The notes: generated by a model not told the origin, from the letters alone. A stretch of 51,184 nucleotides of DNA from an uncultured Bacilli bacterium (GCA_947623625.1 CANQHD010000003.1:1-51184), one strand, 5' to 3'. Numbered from the stretch's first letter, positions 9,503-20,373 are shown. Numbers and translations: made by a program.

Positions 9503-10822
9503 TTATAAATTTTTTTTCAAAAGTTGATTCAATTCCACTGCATATTCAACAGGAAGTTCTTTTCGGAATTTTTCAATAAATCCTAAAATAATGAGTTCTG
9601 TTGCCATCTCTCGAGAAAGACCTCGACTCATCAAATAAAATAAATGACTTTCCTTAATTCTAGAGACAGTCGCTTCATGTTCAAGTGAACTGCTTTCATT
9701 ACGAACAATATTGGTTGGAATTGTATCACTTTTAGATTTTTCATCTAAAATGAGTGTATCGCATTTGACAAAAGCAAGACTGTTTTTAGCATTTCCTTTA
9801 ATATCGACTTTACCACGATAAGTTGCATTTCCTCCATCGGAACTAATACTTTTTGAAATAATTTTACTCTTTGTATTTTTTCCTATATGAATCATTCTTG
9901 CACCAGTATCTTGCACTTGTCCATTTTTAGCAACTCCGATTGTAATACAAACGCCCTCGCTTCGATCCCCTTTTAAAACACAACAAGGATACTTCATTGT
10001 CACTTTAGAACCAATATTCCCATCAATCCACTCCATCGTAGCATCTTCTTCAACAACAGCTCTTTTTGTAACTAAATTATAAACATTTGGTGCCCAATTT
10101 TGAATGGTACTATAACGACACTTACTCCTTTTTCCAACATAAATTTCAACAACAGCTGCATGAAGAGAATCATCACTATAAGTAGGAGCTGTACATCCTT
10201 CAATATAATGAAGTTCGCTATCATCATCCACGATTATTAAAGTTCTCTCAAATTGTCCCATCCCACGACTATTGATTCGAAAATAACTTTGCAAAGGACG
10301 ATTTAATTTTGTATGAGGAGGAATATAGATAAAACTTCCACCACTAAATACAGAACTATTTAAAGCAGCATATTTATTCTCTTCATAAGAGACAATTTTT
10401 CCAAAATACTTTTCAGCAATCTTTCTATATTTTTTTAGTCCTTCTTCAATAGATGTGAAAATAACATTTTTTTCTTTTAACTCTTCCAACATATGATGAT
10501 AAATAACTTCACTTTCATATTGAACACCCATTCCATCTAAATGTTGTTCACTTTGAATAACCCCTAAGTCTTGTAGTTCACATCGAACAGGCTTCATCAC
10601 GCTTTTCCAATCAGATACAATCTTTTCTTCAGAACTTTTATAATAAGTAATCTTTGAAAAATCAAGAGAAAAAGAAGGACCAAAAGAAGGCTCTTGTTGA
10701 TGAATAAATGACTGATATGCTTTCTTCCTATAAGCAAGTATCCACCTGTCTTCTTGTTTGCGTTCTGATATTTTATCAATCGTCTCTTCACTCAGTCCCT
10801 TTAATTCCATCTTTTTCCTCAT
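9503..10822 (-). CDS. sufB: Fe-S cluster assembly protein SufB (start possibly 10810)
   Basis: GQFERTLII, YIEGCTAP, LHAAVVE, WIDGNIGSK.TMKYP, EHEATVS, ELPVEYAVELN. Confidence 0.96.
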   Translation of the reverse strand: MRKKMELKGLSEETIDKISERKQEDRWILAYRKKAYQSFIHQQEPSFGPSFSLDFSKITYYKSSEEKIVSDWKSVMKPVRCELQDLGVIQSEQHLDGMGVQYESEVIYHHMLEELKEKNVIFTSIEEGLKKYRKIAEKYFGKIVSYEENKYAALNSSVFSGGSFIYIPPHTKLNRPLQSYFRINSRGMGQFERTLIIVDDDSELHYIEGCTAPTYSDDSLHAAVVEIYVGKRSKCRYSTIQNWAPNVYNLVTKRAVVEEDATMEWIDGNIGSKVTMKYPCCVLKGDRSEGVCITIGVAKNGQVQDTGARMIHIGKNTKSKIISKSISSDGGNATYRGKVDIKGNAKNSLAFVKCDTLILDEKSKSDTIPTNIVRNESSSLEHEATVSRIKESHLFYLMSRGLSREMATELIILGFIEKFRKELPVEYAVELNQLLKKNL

Positions 10823-11240
10823 CTTTCATTTGTTTTAATATATTTTTAATGGCTTTTGAAGGTAAGAGTGCACAATTTTTTCGATTGGGTTGCAAATAAA
10901 TATCTTGATAAGCTAATAACTCCTCCAAAAGACTTTCATCATATGGTCTTTCTTCAATCATGTTTTCATAATTTTCTAAAAGTATTTGGGCTTCTTTTTT
11001 CTCTTTACCAATTAATTTCCTTAAAAGAATGGATGTTGCTGATGTTGAAATAGCGCATGCTTCTCCATCAAAGGTTGTATCTACTATTTTTCCATCTTCT
11101 ATTTTTAAAGAGATATCTAAATTGTCAATACAGCTTTCATTGTTAGCATTCTCAACTATATATCCTTCTTTTTTTAATCCTTTATGAAAAGGATGTTGAT
11201 AATTATCTAAAATTATTTCTCTTTTTAATTCCTTATCCAT
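10788..11240 (-). CDS. sufU: SUF system sulfur-transfer protein SufU
   Basis: IILDNYQHP, NESCID, FDGEACAISTS, R.NCALL. Confidence 0.93.
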   Translation of the reverse strand: MDKELKREIILDNYQHPFHKGLKKEGYIVENANNESCIDNLDISLKIEDGKIVDTTFDGEACAISTSATSILLRKLIGKEKKEAQILLENYENMIEERPYDESLLEELLAYQDIYLQPNRKNCALLPSKAIKNILKQMKDEEKDGIKGTE

Positions 11241-11249
11241 TTTCTTCTC

Positions 11250-12446
11250 CTATAAAATGACATTATAAAGTGTATCACTTTGTTTTAATACATCCATTAA
11301 CTTATCAATTTCTTCTTTTGTATTATAAAAATAAAAACTAATGCGAACAGTGTTTTGAACAGGCAATTCTTCTTTTAATGCTTTAGCACAATGAGTTCCA
11401 GCACGTACACAAATTCCAAAATAATCAAGATAAATTGCGGCATCTTGACTAAAGACATCGTGAATATTAAAAATGACTTCTCCACCCTTAACTGATGCAT
11501 TGTAAACATCTACTTGTGGAACTTCTTTTATTCGTTTTAAAAAATATTCTTTTAACTCTTCTTCATATTCTTCGATTTTTTCCATCCCAATTTTTTCTAA
11601 ATAGGAAATGGCTGCTTTTAATCCAATCACTTCAGCAATCGGTGGTGTTCCCGCTTCTAGTCGGGCTGGAAGGGGTTTCAATGTTACATCTCCTAGTGAT
11701 GAAAAGTTTTGATTCATATCGCCACCATATTCACAAGGCTTCATCTCTTCTAGTAATTCTTTCTTTCCATATAAAACACCAATGCCTGTTGGACCTAGCA
11801 TTTTATGTCCTGAAAAAGCTAAGAAATCAATGTTATCTCGAACGACATCTGTTTTTGTATGTGGAACACTTTGAGCACCATCTACTAAAAAGTAAATTTG
11901 ATTTTCCTTACAATATCGACCAATTTGATTTAAAGGACGATGATCGCCAACTACATTAGAAACTCCCGCAATTGCAACAAGCTTTGTCTTTGGTGTAACA
12001 GATGATAAAAATGATTCATAATCAAGTTCATTTTCTTCTTTTAATGGCATATAAATAAGATGAATACCTATTTTTTCAGCCAATATCATAAGAGGCAGCA
12101 AAAGTGAAGCATGTTCTGCCTTTGTTACAAGAACTTCATCGCCTTTTTTCAAGTGTGTTTCAAAAAAACCAAAAATGATTTTATTAAGGCTTTCTGTCGT
12201 TCCTTTTGTAAAAATGATTTCTTCTGGTTTATCTGCATGAATAAATTTTTGACAAACTTCACGAGCTTGATCATAAATGTCACTTGCTTTTAAAGAGATT
12301 TCATAATCTCCTCGATGAATATTTGCAGAATAATTCTCGTAATAATCTACCATGCTTTCAATAACAGCACTTGGCTTTAGGCTTGTCGCACCATTATCAA
12401 AATAGATCTTCCCAGTTTTTAAAAATGGAAAATCCTCTCGATTCAT
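11250..12446 (-). CDS. sufS: Cysteine desulfurase SufS
   Basis: YFDNGATS, DGAQS, FSGHKMLGPTG, RAGTHCA. Confidence 0.96.
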   Translation of the reverse strand: MNREDFPFLKTGKIYFDNGATSLKPSAVIESMVDYYENYSANIHRGDYEISLKASDIYDQAREVCQKFIHADKPEEIIFTKGTTESLNKIIFGFFETHLKKGDEVLVTKAEHASLLLPLMILAEKIGIHLIYMPLKEENELDYESFLSSVTPKTKLVAIAGVSNVVGDHRPLNQIGRYCKENQIYFLVDGAQSVPHTKTDVVRDNIDFLAFSGHKMLGPTGIGVLYGKKELLEEMKPCEYGGDMNQNFSSLGDVTLKPLPARLEAGTPPIAEVIGLKAAISYLEKIGMEKIEEYEEELKEYFLKRIKEVPQVDVYNASVKGGEVIFNIHDVFSQDAAIYLDYFGICVRAGTHCAKALKEELPVQNTVRISFYFYNTKEEIDKLMDVLKQSDTLYNVIL

Positions 12447-12447
12447 A

Positions 12448-13086
12448 TTATCCCTCCTTTCTTATTTGGAAAAAGGAAACTTTTTCAAGATCAGAAAGTC
12501 CTTCTTTTATTAAAAATCCTTCTAATAATAATTGTTGAATCTTTTCTTTTTCAAGTCCTCTTGTTCCTAAATAAAATTCTATATTTTTATCAAAAGGTCC
12601 TGTAAAAGAAGCATGTGTTGAAGATACATCATATTCATCAATATATAAATTAGGACAGATTGTTGAGATAGCATCTTTTTCATTATAAATTTGATTTTCT
12701 TGCGTTGCAATGGATCCTTTCATTCCTTTGGGAATTGAAACATCCACTAAAAATGTCAATTGCTGTGCCTTATTATATCCATGCATAAACAGATGACTTT
12801 CTGTATGGGGTGCATGATGTAAAACCTCAACGTGTACTTTATTTTCTTTGATACTGATTGTCTGATAATGATAGTTAATACAAGCGTTTTCACCTTGAAT
12901 ATCTATTTTTATTTTACCTTCTGTATTCTTTCCATAATGAAAAATAGTAACATTTGCATTTTCTAAAAGTTGAAGAGTTATATCAAATGTATCTTCACTT
13001 AAAAAGACAAAAGTTTGTGGCTGTTTTTCTGAAAATATTTTTTCAACTGTTCCATTTACTTTTTCCTTCTTTACTATTTTATTCAT
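12448..13086 (-). CDS. sufD: SufD-like protein (short)
   Basis: PNLYIDEYDV...HASFTG...FYLGTRGL; lies between sufC and sufS. Confidence 0.8.
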   Translation of the reverse strand: MNKIVKKEKVNGTVEKIFSEKQPQTFVFLSEDTFDITLQLLENANVTIFHYGKNTEGKIKIDIQGENACINYHYQTISIKENKVHVEVLHHAPHTESHLFMHGYNKAQQLTFLVDVSIPKGMKGSIATQENQIYNEKDAISTICPNLYIDEYDVSSTHASFTGPFDKNIEFYLGTRGLEKEKIQQLLLEGFLIKEGLSDLEKVSFFQIRKEG

Positions 13087-13090
13087 AAAG

Positions 13091-13840
13091 TTACTCCTTC
13101 GCTTGTTCCTTTACCTGGTAGCCCTCTTGTTCAATTTTGTGTGCAAGGTGAATATCTCCAGTTTCAATGATTTTTCCATCCATCATTTTATGAACATAAT
13201 CTGGATGAATATCATCTAAAATTCTACTATAGTGCGTGATAATCAAAACACTTGCATCTTTTTGTTCTTTTAAATATTCCTTTAAAACAGTGCAGACTTT
13301 TTTTAAACTATCTACATCAAGACCTGAGTCTAATTCATCTAAAATAATCAGCTTGGGTTTAAGAAGCAAAAGTTGCAAGATTTCACTTTTTTTCTTTTCG
13401 CCACCAGATAAGCCTTGATTAATAGACTGATGAATGATTCTCTCATCCATTTCAAGTTTTTTAGTGGCATTTTCTACATCTTTAACAAATGAATAAAGTG
13501 AAACATGTTCCTTCGTTTTTTCATAAAGAGCTTCTCTTAAAAAATCACTGTTACTAACGCCTTCAATCACTAAAGGGTCTTGCATACATAAAAAAACACC
13601 TAAACGAGCAACTTCACACGTTTTTAATGGAATTAAATCTTTGCCAAAAAGTGTCATGCTTCCACTTAAAATGCGATAATCTTGATTTCTAAAAATAACT
13701 TTGGATAACGTACTTTTTCCAGTCCCATTCGGTCCCATAATCGCATGAATTTCTCCTTCTTTTATCGAAAGGGAAAATTGATTTAAAATCTTCTTGTTTG
13801 TATCCGTCGTCTCCACACATAAATTTTTTATCTCTAACAT
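13091..13840 (-). CDS. sufC: Fe-S cluster assembly ATPase SufC
   Basis: HAIMGPNGTGKST, LSGGEKK, LDELDSGLDVD, IITHY. Confidence 0.95.
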   Translation of the reverse strand: MLEIKNLCVETTDTNKKILNQFSLSIKEGEIHAIMGPNGTGKSTLSKVIFRNQDYRILSGSMTLFGKDLIPLKTCEVARLGVFLCMQDPLVIEGVSNSDFLREALYEKTKEHVSLYSFVKDVENATKKLEMDERIIHQSINQGLSGGEKKKSEILQLLLLKPKLIILDELDSGLDVDSLKKVCTVLKEYLKEQKDASVLIITHYSRILDDIHPDYVHKMMDGKIIETGDIHLAHKIEQEGYQVKEQAKE

Positions 13841-14030
13841 GCTACTCACCACTTTTACCATATCACTTTTCTTTTTATTTCACAAGAATGACATTTCTCT
13901 TAAGGACTTTATTATACGCTTGTTTTAAGGATTTGTAAATGAATGATGAATCATAATTTTTATAATAAAAAAAGAAATATATTATTCAAAATTTGATATC
14001 AATATTTCTTTCACTTTATAACTAAAACCA

Positions 14031-14750
14031 TTACTTTTCATCTTGTTTCCACTTTTTCATGAATTTTGCAAACAACTCTTCACATTTTTTAGGATCCATT
14101 TCTTCTTTATCTTTTAAAGGATTGGGTATATTCAGTCGTTCATATTTTTGAAATCCTAAATGATGAAATGGCAAGAATTCAACTTTCTCAATATTTTTTA
14201 TCTGCTTTAAATAAGTAACAAGTCCTTCTAAATAAGAATCACTGTCCGTTATTTCTGGAACAACGACTTGGCGAATGATTACTTTTTTACCACTTTTATT
14301 AAGAGCTTCAATAAACTTTTTGACTTCATCCATCTTTTGTCCTGTTAGTGCAAAGTAGGAGTTTTCATCAATATGTTTAATATCTAAAAGGACAAGATCT
14401 ACCCACTTTAATATCTCATCATATGAACCTATTCCAACACCACTGGTATCTAGTGCAATATGAATACCGTTTTTCTTAAGGATCTGACAAGTCTCAATTA
14501 AAAAGTCTTTTTGAAGTAAAGGCTCACCCCCTGAAAAAGTAACACCTCCGCCTCTTTTAAAATAAGGTTTATTGCGAAGAACTTTTTCTAAAATCTCTTC
14601 ACTTGTCATTTTGCTTCCTTGTTGCTGCCACATTTCTGGATTATGACAGTATTGACATCTTAATTTGCAGCCACTTAAGAAAACAACATTTCGAATACCT
14701 GGACCATCTAAAAGTCCAAATGTTTCAATAGAATTAACATATCCACTCAT
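14031..14750 (-). CDS. pflA: Pyruvate formate-lyase activating enzyme
   Basis: DGPGIR...GCKLRCQYCHNPE radical SAM motif; GGVTFSGGEPL. Confidence 0.96.
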   Translation of the reverse strand: MSGYVNSIETFGLLDGPGIRNVVFLSGCKLRCQYCHNPEMWQQQGSKMTSEEILEKVLRNKPYFKRGGGVTFSGGEPLLQKDFLIETCQILKKNGIHIALDTSGVGIGSYDEILKWVDLVLLDIKHIDENSYFALTGQKMDEVKKFIEALNKSGKKVIIRQVVVPEITDSDSYLEGLVTYLKQIKNIEKVEFLPFHHLGFQKYERLNIPNPLKDKEEMDPKKCEELFAKFMKKWKQDEK

Positions 14751-16978
14751 TATAATTTTTCATGGAAAGTTCTTGCAATCACTTCTTCTTGTTGTTTTCT
14801 TGTTAAGCGATTAAATCGAACTGCATAACCTGATACTCGAATTGTAAGTAATGGATATTTATCTGGATTTTCCATAGCCTCCACTAATTTATCACGACTT
14901 AAAACATTGACGTTTAAGTGATGTGCTCCCTTAGTAAAATAACCGTCTAATAAACTAACAAGATTATCAATGCGTTCTTCTTGTGTATGCCCTAGTGTTG
15001 TTGGAACAATAGAGAATGTATTGGATATTCCATCACGGCAATAAGCAGTATAATCAAGTTTTGCAACAGAATTAAGGGATGCAAGAGCTCCACTTTCATC
15101 TCTTCCATGCATCGGATTTGCTCCTGGTGCAAAAGGAATTCCCTTTTTTCGTCCATCTGGTGTTGCTCCTGTTTTATTTCCATAAACAACATTCGAAGTA
15201 ATTGTTAAAACAGAAAGAGTTGGTTGAGCATTTCGATAACATGGATGTTTTTCTAGTTCTTCATACATTTTCTTTAAAATTTCTTGAGCAATAGAGTCTA
15301 CTCGATCATCATCATTTCCATACTTTGGATAGTCTCCTTCAATTTCAAAATCTACCATAATCCCCTCTTCATTACGAATCGGTTTTACTTTCGCATAACG
15401 AATAGCAGATAATGAATCTGTTGCGACTGATAGTCCTGCAACACCATAAGCCATTAATCTTCTAACATGTGTATCATGAAGAGCCATCTGTCCTTTTTCA
15501 TAGGCATATTTATCATGCATATAATGAATAATATTCATCGCATCTGAGTAAATTTCTGCGACTTTTTCAATGGCTCTAAAATATGCACTTTTGACTTTTT
15601 CGTAGTCTAATACCTCATCATCCATCTTTGTAAAGCCATCCAAAACTTTCGTTCCATCCACTTCATCAATGCCCCCATTCATCGCATAAAGAAGTGTCTT
15701 AACAAGATTACATCTTGCCCCAAAAAACTGCATATCTCGACCCACTCTCATTGCTGAGACACAACAAGCAATCGCATAATCACTGCCATATAATGGTCGC
15801 ATAATGTCGTCATTTTCATACTGAATGGCATCTGTTTGAATGCTCATCTTAGCACAATACTTCTTAAAAGATTCTGGTAATTTCTCACTCCATAAAATTG
15901 TAATATTGGGTTCTGGTGAAGTATCTAGATTTGAAAGAGTATTTAAAATACGATAACTTGTCTTAGTAACAAGGCTCTCACCTTTTTCTGTAACCCCACC
16001 TAAAGAACAAGTCACCCAAGTTGGATCTCCTGAGAAAAGCTCATCATAGTCTGGTGTTCTTAAATGACGTACAAGGCGTAGTTTGATAACAAATTGATCG
16101 ATAATCTCTTGAATTTCTTGCTCACTGATTGTTCCTTCTTTTAAATCTCTTTCAAAATAAATATCAAAGAAAGCATCCACTCTTCCTAAGCTCATTGCAG
16201 CACCATTGTTTTCTTTGATTGCTGCAAGATAAGCAAAATAAGTCCATTGTACGGCTTCTTTACCATTTTTTGCAGGACGAGAAATATCCAATCCATAGCT
16301 TTGAGCCATTTCTTTCATCTCACCTAGCGCACGGTACTGCATAGAGACTTCTTCACGAAGGCGAATCACTTCATCCGTCATAGGTCCTTTGATATTTTCA
16401 AAGTCTTTCATCTTCTCTTTCTTTAGAAAATCAATTCCATAAAGAGCAACTCTTCGGTAATCTCCGATGATTCTACCACGACCATAAGCATCTGGAAGTC
16501 CTGTTAAAAGTCCAGCATGTCTTGCTTTTTTTATTTGATCCGTATACGCATCAAAAACACCTTGATTGTGTGTTTTCCGGTAAAGATTAAAGTAGTAATC
16601 AACATCTTTATCCAACTCATATCCATAAGCTTCCAACTCCTGATAAACCATTCGAATTCCACCATAAGGATTGACGCATCTTTTTAATGGAGCATCCGTC
16701 TGAAGTCCTACAATAACATCATCGTCTTCATTGATGTATCCTGGCTGAAATGCACAAATACCAGCCATATTTTTAACATCAATATCTAAAACATGCTTTT
16801 TTAACTCTTCTTTTAACAAATCTGTACAATGAGACCATATCTTTTTTGTCTTTTCTGTAGCTTCATTTAAGAAACTCTCATCCCCATTATAACTTTGATA
16901 ATTTTTCTCTATAAAATCTTTTACATTAATTTCACTTGTCCAAATCCCCTCTTTAAATGATTTCCATTCTTCTTTCAT
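14750..16978 (-). CDS. pflB: Formate C-acetyltransferase (pyruvate formate-lyase)
   Basis: IACCVS active-site cysteines; TIRVSGYAV glycyl-radical loop; SD AGGAGG before ATG at 16978. Confidence 0.97.
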   Translation of the reverse strand: MKEEWKSFKEGIWTSEINVKDFIEKNYQSYNGDESFLNEATEKTKKIWSHCTDLLKEELKKHVLDIDVKNMAGICAFQPGYINEDDDVIVGLQTDAPLKRCVNPYGGIRMVYQELEAYGYELDKDVDYYFNLYRKTHNQGVFDAYTDQIKKARHAGLLTGLPDAYGRGRIIGDYRRVALYGIDFLKKEKMKDFENIKGPMTDEVIRLREEVSMQYRALGEMKEMAQSYGLDISRPAKNGKEAVQWTYFAYLAAIKENNGAAMSLGRVDAFFDIYFERDLKEGTISEQEIQEIIDQFVIKLRLVRHLRTPDYDELFSGDPTWVTCSLGGVTEKGESLVTKTSYRILNTLSNLDTSPEPNITILWSEKLPESFKKYCAKMSIQTDAIQYENDDIMRPLYGSDYAIACCVSAMRVGRDMQFFGARCNLVKTLLYAMNGGIDEVDGTKVLDGFTKMDDEVLDYEKVKSAYFRAIEKVAEIYSDAMNIIHYMHDKYAYEKGQMALHDTHVRRLMAYGVAGLSVATDSLSAIRYAKVKPIRNEEGIMVDFEIEGDYPKYGNDDDRVDSIAQEILKKMYEELEKHPCYRNAQPTLSVLTITSNVVYGNKTGATPDGRKKGIPFAPGANPMHGRDESGALASLNSVAKLDYTAYCRDGISNTFSIVPTTLGHTQEERIDNLVSLLDGYFTKGAHHLNVNVLSRDKLVEAMENPDKYPLLTIRVSGYAVRFNRLTRKQQEEVIARTFHEKL

Positions 16979-17191
16979 TTTTGACCTCCTTCTATTTATC
17001 ATTATACATGAACTAAAATGAAAAACAAAATTTAAATTTTAGATTCTTTTTTGATATTCTTGTATAAATTTGTAAAGATACGTCCATCTTATAAATGGAT
17101 ATTCGCAAGTATTCACAAAAAAAGGTGCAACGCACTTTTTTATTTGTCTTTTTGACAAAATTTTTATAAAATATTTTTAGGTGATGATAAT

Positions 17192-17962
17192 TTGCGCAAA
17201 CAAAATGTATTAATGATAGAGATGGCGATTTTCTTCTGCTTTGTCTTTATCTCATTCGGATTAATTATTCTTCATGAAAAAGGAAATATTCTCATGTATC
17301 CTATGATTGAGAAAAAACTAAATCAGTATTTTGATGAACATTATAATGGCATTAAAAATCAAGTAAAAAAAAGCGACTTAAAATTCTCTTTTAAAGAGAA
17401 AAATTATTACTTTACATATCAACATAAAAAAAATTCTGATTTAACTTTCAAAATTGTTTATAGTAAAGAGAAAAAAATTACATCTACTTATCAACAAGAT
17501 TTCGTCGATGGGAAAAGTTTTCTAAATAAGTACTTAAAGAAGATTTCTTCCTCTGTTCAATCTGTTTTAAAAGATGAAAATATTGAAGATTTATCTTTAA
17601 AGACAACAACTACTCTCAATGATTTAAGTGAGAAAGAAAGAAATAAAATTCTCACAAATAAAGCAAAGGAAGTTCCATTTTATGAAGTAGAATACACTAC
17701 ATCCATTCTTAATTTAAGTACCCAACAGATGAAGGAAAAACTTGAAGATATTCATAATTTATTAAAAAAGAATAAAATAAATCCTTCCTCTTATCAAGTG
17801 AAATTTACTTTAGAAGGAAATGGAATGAAAGGTTTTATTCTAAGAAATGTTTCAGCAAATTTGATTGAATATGGAAAAGTAGAAAATATTATTAATACAC
17901 TTTATCAAACCGGTCAGAAAATCGATCAAAGTACAAAAATGGAAATGGAGGAATTGAAATGA
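17192..17962 (+). CDS. Membrane-anchored hypothetical protein
   Basis: 256 aa, N-terminal TM segment, AGGTGA SD before TTG; coupled to the HIT gene. Confidence 0.75.
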   Translation: MRKQNVLMIEMAIFFCFVFISFGLIILHEKGNILMYPMIEKKLNQYFDEHYNGIKNQVKKSDLKFSFKEKNYYFTYQHKKNSDLTFKIVYSKEKKITSTYQQDFVDGKSFLNKYLKKISSSVQSVLKDENIEDLSLKTTTTLNDLSEKERNKILTNKAKEVPFYEVEYTTSILNLSTQQMKEKLEDIHNLLKKNKINPSSYQVKFTLEGNGMKGFILRNVSANLIEYGKVENIINTLYQTGQKIDQSTKMEMEELK

Positions 17963-18357
17963 ACGATTGCATTTTTTGTAAAATCATTAACAAAGAGCTA
18001 CCATCTTACACAATTTATGAAGATGATATTTTAAAAGTATTTATGAATATCAATCCCAGTACGAATGGACATTTACTACTAATTCCTAAAAAGCATTTAG
18101 TTACAATTCTTGATATTGATAAAGATTTTTTAGCCCACGCTCTTGATGTTATTCAAACAAAAATTTATCCTCTTTTAAAAGAAAAACTACACTGTGAGGG
18201 TCTTACTCTTTCACAAAACAATTTTTATGGGCAAGAAGTGAAACATTTTCATCTTCATCTAACACCAAGATACAAGGATGATATGGTTGATTATCAATAT
18301 AATGAAGAGGTATTAAAAAATGTCGAAGATGTTTATAAAGTTCTCGTCGATGATTAA
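17959..18357 (+). CDS. hit: HIT-family nucleotide hydrolase
   Basis: DCIFCKII, GHLLLIPKKH, HFHLH triad. Confidence 0.93.
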   Translation: MNDCIFCKIINKELPSYTIYEDDILKVFMNINPSTNGHLLLIPKKHLVTILDIDKDFLAHALDVIQTKIYPLLKEKLHCEGLTLSQNNFYGQEVKHFHLHLTPRYKDDMVDYQYNEEVLKNVEDVYKVLVDD

Positions 18358-18851
18358 AAAAGAAAAGTATACAAAATATCAAATAAAAATATAGAAAGTA
18401 CCAAATACGTAAGAATTTTTGGTATTTTTTTTATGACTTTATCGGTAAGCGGCTTGACATATCGCAGAAATAGGCAAGCACCTAAACCCCACCCTATACT
18501 TGTTGGAAGGGATATATAATGTCCAAAATGAAATGGAATATCATCATAATTCCACATGACTTTATCAAATAATGTTTCAATGAGCATACCACTACTCCAT
18601 TCAAGAAGCGTTAAAAAAATTGTCACACCGAAAAAAATAATCACATAACGCTTCAACTTACTTCCTTCCATTTTTTCATAGACAAGTTTTCCAAAAAGTA
18701 AAATAATTAAAATTCCAACTCCATAAACTGGAACAAAGGGTCCTTTTAAAATACCACTTTTTAGATTGGGTAAAAAAAAAGCTTTTAAAGTTTCCTCAAA
18801 AAAAGAACCTAAAATGCAAAATAAAAGAAAGTATGCTAAATAATAATACAT
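18354..18851 (-). CDS. Putative ABC transporter permease (DUF1113-like membrane protein)
   Basis: G.L.GPFVPVYG.G, E...G...E.LF...WNY, SIGWG motifs. Confidence 0.8.
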   Translation of the reverse strand: MYYYLAYFLLFCILGSFFEETLKAFFLPNLKSGILKGPFVPVYGVGILIILLFGKLVYEKMEGSKLKRYVIIFFGVTIFLTLLEWSSGMLIETLFDKVMWNYDDIPFHFGHYISLPTSIGWGLGACLFLRYVKPLTDKVIKKIPKILTYLVLSIFLFDILYTFLF

Positions 18852-18911
18852 AACTCATCACCTATACTATTATTTTGTCTTAATACTTTCTTTTTATACA
18901 GTTTTATTAGC

Positions 18912-18929
18912 AAGGAAGAGCTCTTCCTT
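18912..18929 (-). terminator. Palindrome downstream of the YjcZ-family genes, probable terminator
   Basis: Perfect palindrome aaggaagagctcttcctt just past the stop at 18934. Confidence 0.6.
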
Positions 18930-18933
18930 TATC

Positions 18934-19089
18934 TTAATAGTGATTGCAAACTGAACCTAAGATAATTGCTAATAAAATATAGAGTACAACTACAATAATA
19001 AACCCATTTCTTCCATTATTACCACACTCACATGAATGATAATTGCAAGAAGAACATGCTGTTTGATTAACAGAATTATTACAAGCCAT
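18934..19089 (-). CDS. YjcZ/SscA-family small sporulation protein with Cys-rich N-terminus (51 aa; not in ORF track)
   Basis: MACNNSVNQTACSSCNYHSCECGNNGRNGFIIVVVLYILLAIILGSVCNHY; SD AAAGGAGGTG; family core GF.IVVVL(F/Y)ILL.II.G. Confidence 0.85.
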   Translation of the reverse strand: MACNNSVNQTACSSCNYHSCECGNNGRNGFIIVVVLYILLAIILGSVCNHY

Positions 19090-19110
19090 TTTTAAACACC
19101 TCCTTTATGT

Positions 19111-19191
19111 TTAGATATAGGCACCGACGATGATAACGAGTAAAATGAATAATACTAAAATGATTGCAGATGAAGATACATAATTACCCAT
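19111..19191 (-). CDS. YjcZ/SscA-family small sporulation protein (26 aa; not in ORF track)
   Basis: MGNYVSSSAIILVLFILLVIIVGAYI; SD AAAGGAGG; divergent from prsA as sscA is in B. subtilis. Confidence 0.85.
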   Translation of the reverse strand: MGNYVSSSAIILVLFILLVIIVGAYI

Positions 19192-19224
19192 AAATTACAT
19201 CCTCCTTTTTTCTAGTCTTCACAT

Positions 19225-19253
19225 TATTCTATGGTAAAGGTCCAATTTGTGTG
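19225..19253 (-). promoter_or_regulatory. sigmaK-like promoter of the YjcZ pair
   Basis: CACA (19253-19250), 16 bp, CATAGAATA (19233-19225) matches ACA-N16-CATANNNTA. Confidence 0.65.
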
Positions 19254-19328
19254 ATTATATTAGTCCCAAGTTGCTTGATAAAGTAAGAAAATTTTGTTAT
19301 GATTAAAACGATTGGAGGAAGAAAAAAC

Positions 19329-20333
19329 ATGAAGCAAACAAAAAAAATAATGATGGGAACTTTTGTTCTTTCTTGTATGCTTTTAATGCTTACAGGTTGT
19401 GGAAAAGAAGTTACCTTAAAAAATGGTGAAAAGCCAGTTGTAACCTATAAAAAAGGAGAGATCACATCCGATGCCTTTTATAAAGAATTAAAGGATCGTT
19501 ATGGAGTTGCTGCATTAATTGAAATGATCGATCACGCACTATTTGATGAAGCTTATAAAACAGATGACGAAGAAAAAGACTATGTCGATAGTCAAGTAAG
19601 TCAAATGAAAGCACAATATAATAATGATGAAGAGCAGTTTAAAAATGCCATTCAACAATACTTAGGTCTTAAAGATGAAGAGGATCTTAGAAAGACATTA
19701 TCACTCGAATATAAAAGAGACAAAGCTATTAAAGACACTTTGAAAGAACAAATGAGCGAGGATGAAATTAACGACTATTATGAAAATACAGTCATTGGGG
19801 ATATTACTGCTAAACATATTTTAATCAAACCAGCAACAACTTCAGATATGTCTACAGAAGACAAAGAAAAGAAAGAACAAGAAGCTCTTGATAAAGCAAA
19901 AGAAGTCATCCAAAAATTAAAAGATGGTGAAAAGTTTGAAGATTTAGCAAAAGAATATAGCGATGATTCTGCAACAGCAGAAAATGGTGGTGAATTAGAG
20001 CCATTTAATCATGATAGTGGTATGGATGAGAATTTCTTAAAGGCTGCAATGGGACTTGAAAACGGAAAATATACAGAAGAGCCGATAAAATCAACTTATG
20101 GATATCATATTATTTTAAAAGAAAAACAAGAAGACAAACCCAAACTTAAAAAAGTAAAAGATACAATTATTGATACACTTGTAGAAAATAAATTAAATGA
20201 CGATGCTTCTCTTCGATACCAAGCATTAAAAGATGCAAGAGAGAAAAAAGGTTTAAAATTTGAAGATGATGAATTGAAAAAAGCATATGATGACTATGTA
20301 GATGACTTAATTAAAAGCATTCAAAATTCGTAA
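19329..20333 (+). CDS. prsA: Foldase PrsA (parvulin PPIase lipoprotein)
   Basis: Lipobox LTGC; AKHILI, FEDLAKEYSDD, NGGEL, YGYHII; SD GGAGG before ATG 19329. Confidence 0.92.
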   Translation: MKQTKKIMMGTFVLSCMLLMLTGCGKEVTLKNGEKPVVTYKKGEITSDAFYKELKDRYGVAALIEMIDHALFDEAYKTDDEEKDYVDSQVSQMKAQYNNDEEQFKNAIQQYLGLKDEEDLRKTLSLEYKRDKAIKDTLKEQMSEDEINDYYENTVIGDITAKHILIKPATTSDMSTEDKEKKEQEALDKAKEVIQKLKDGEKFEDLAKEYSDDSATAENGGELEPFNHDSGMDENFLKAAMGLENGKYTEEPIKSTYGYHIILKEKQEDKPKLKKVKDTIIDTLVENKLNDDASLRYQALKDAREKKGLKFEDDELKKAYDDYVDDLIKSIQNS

Positions 20334-20340
20334 AAGTCAT

Positions 20341-20373
20341 AAAAAACGATGAAAAAAATTTTATCGTTTTTTT
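20341..20373 (+). terminator. prsA terminator
   Basis: aaaacgatgaaa...tttatcgtttttttt. Confidence 0.7.

Noticed and set aside
17101..17118. Rex operator upstream of pflB
   Set aside because: Only the right half (TTCACAA) matches TTGTGAA-N4-TTCACAA.
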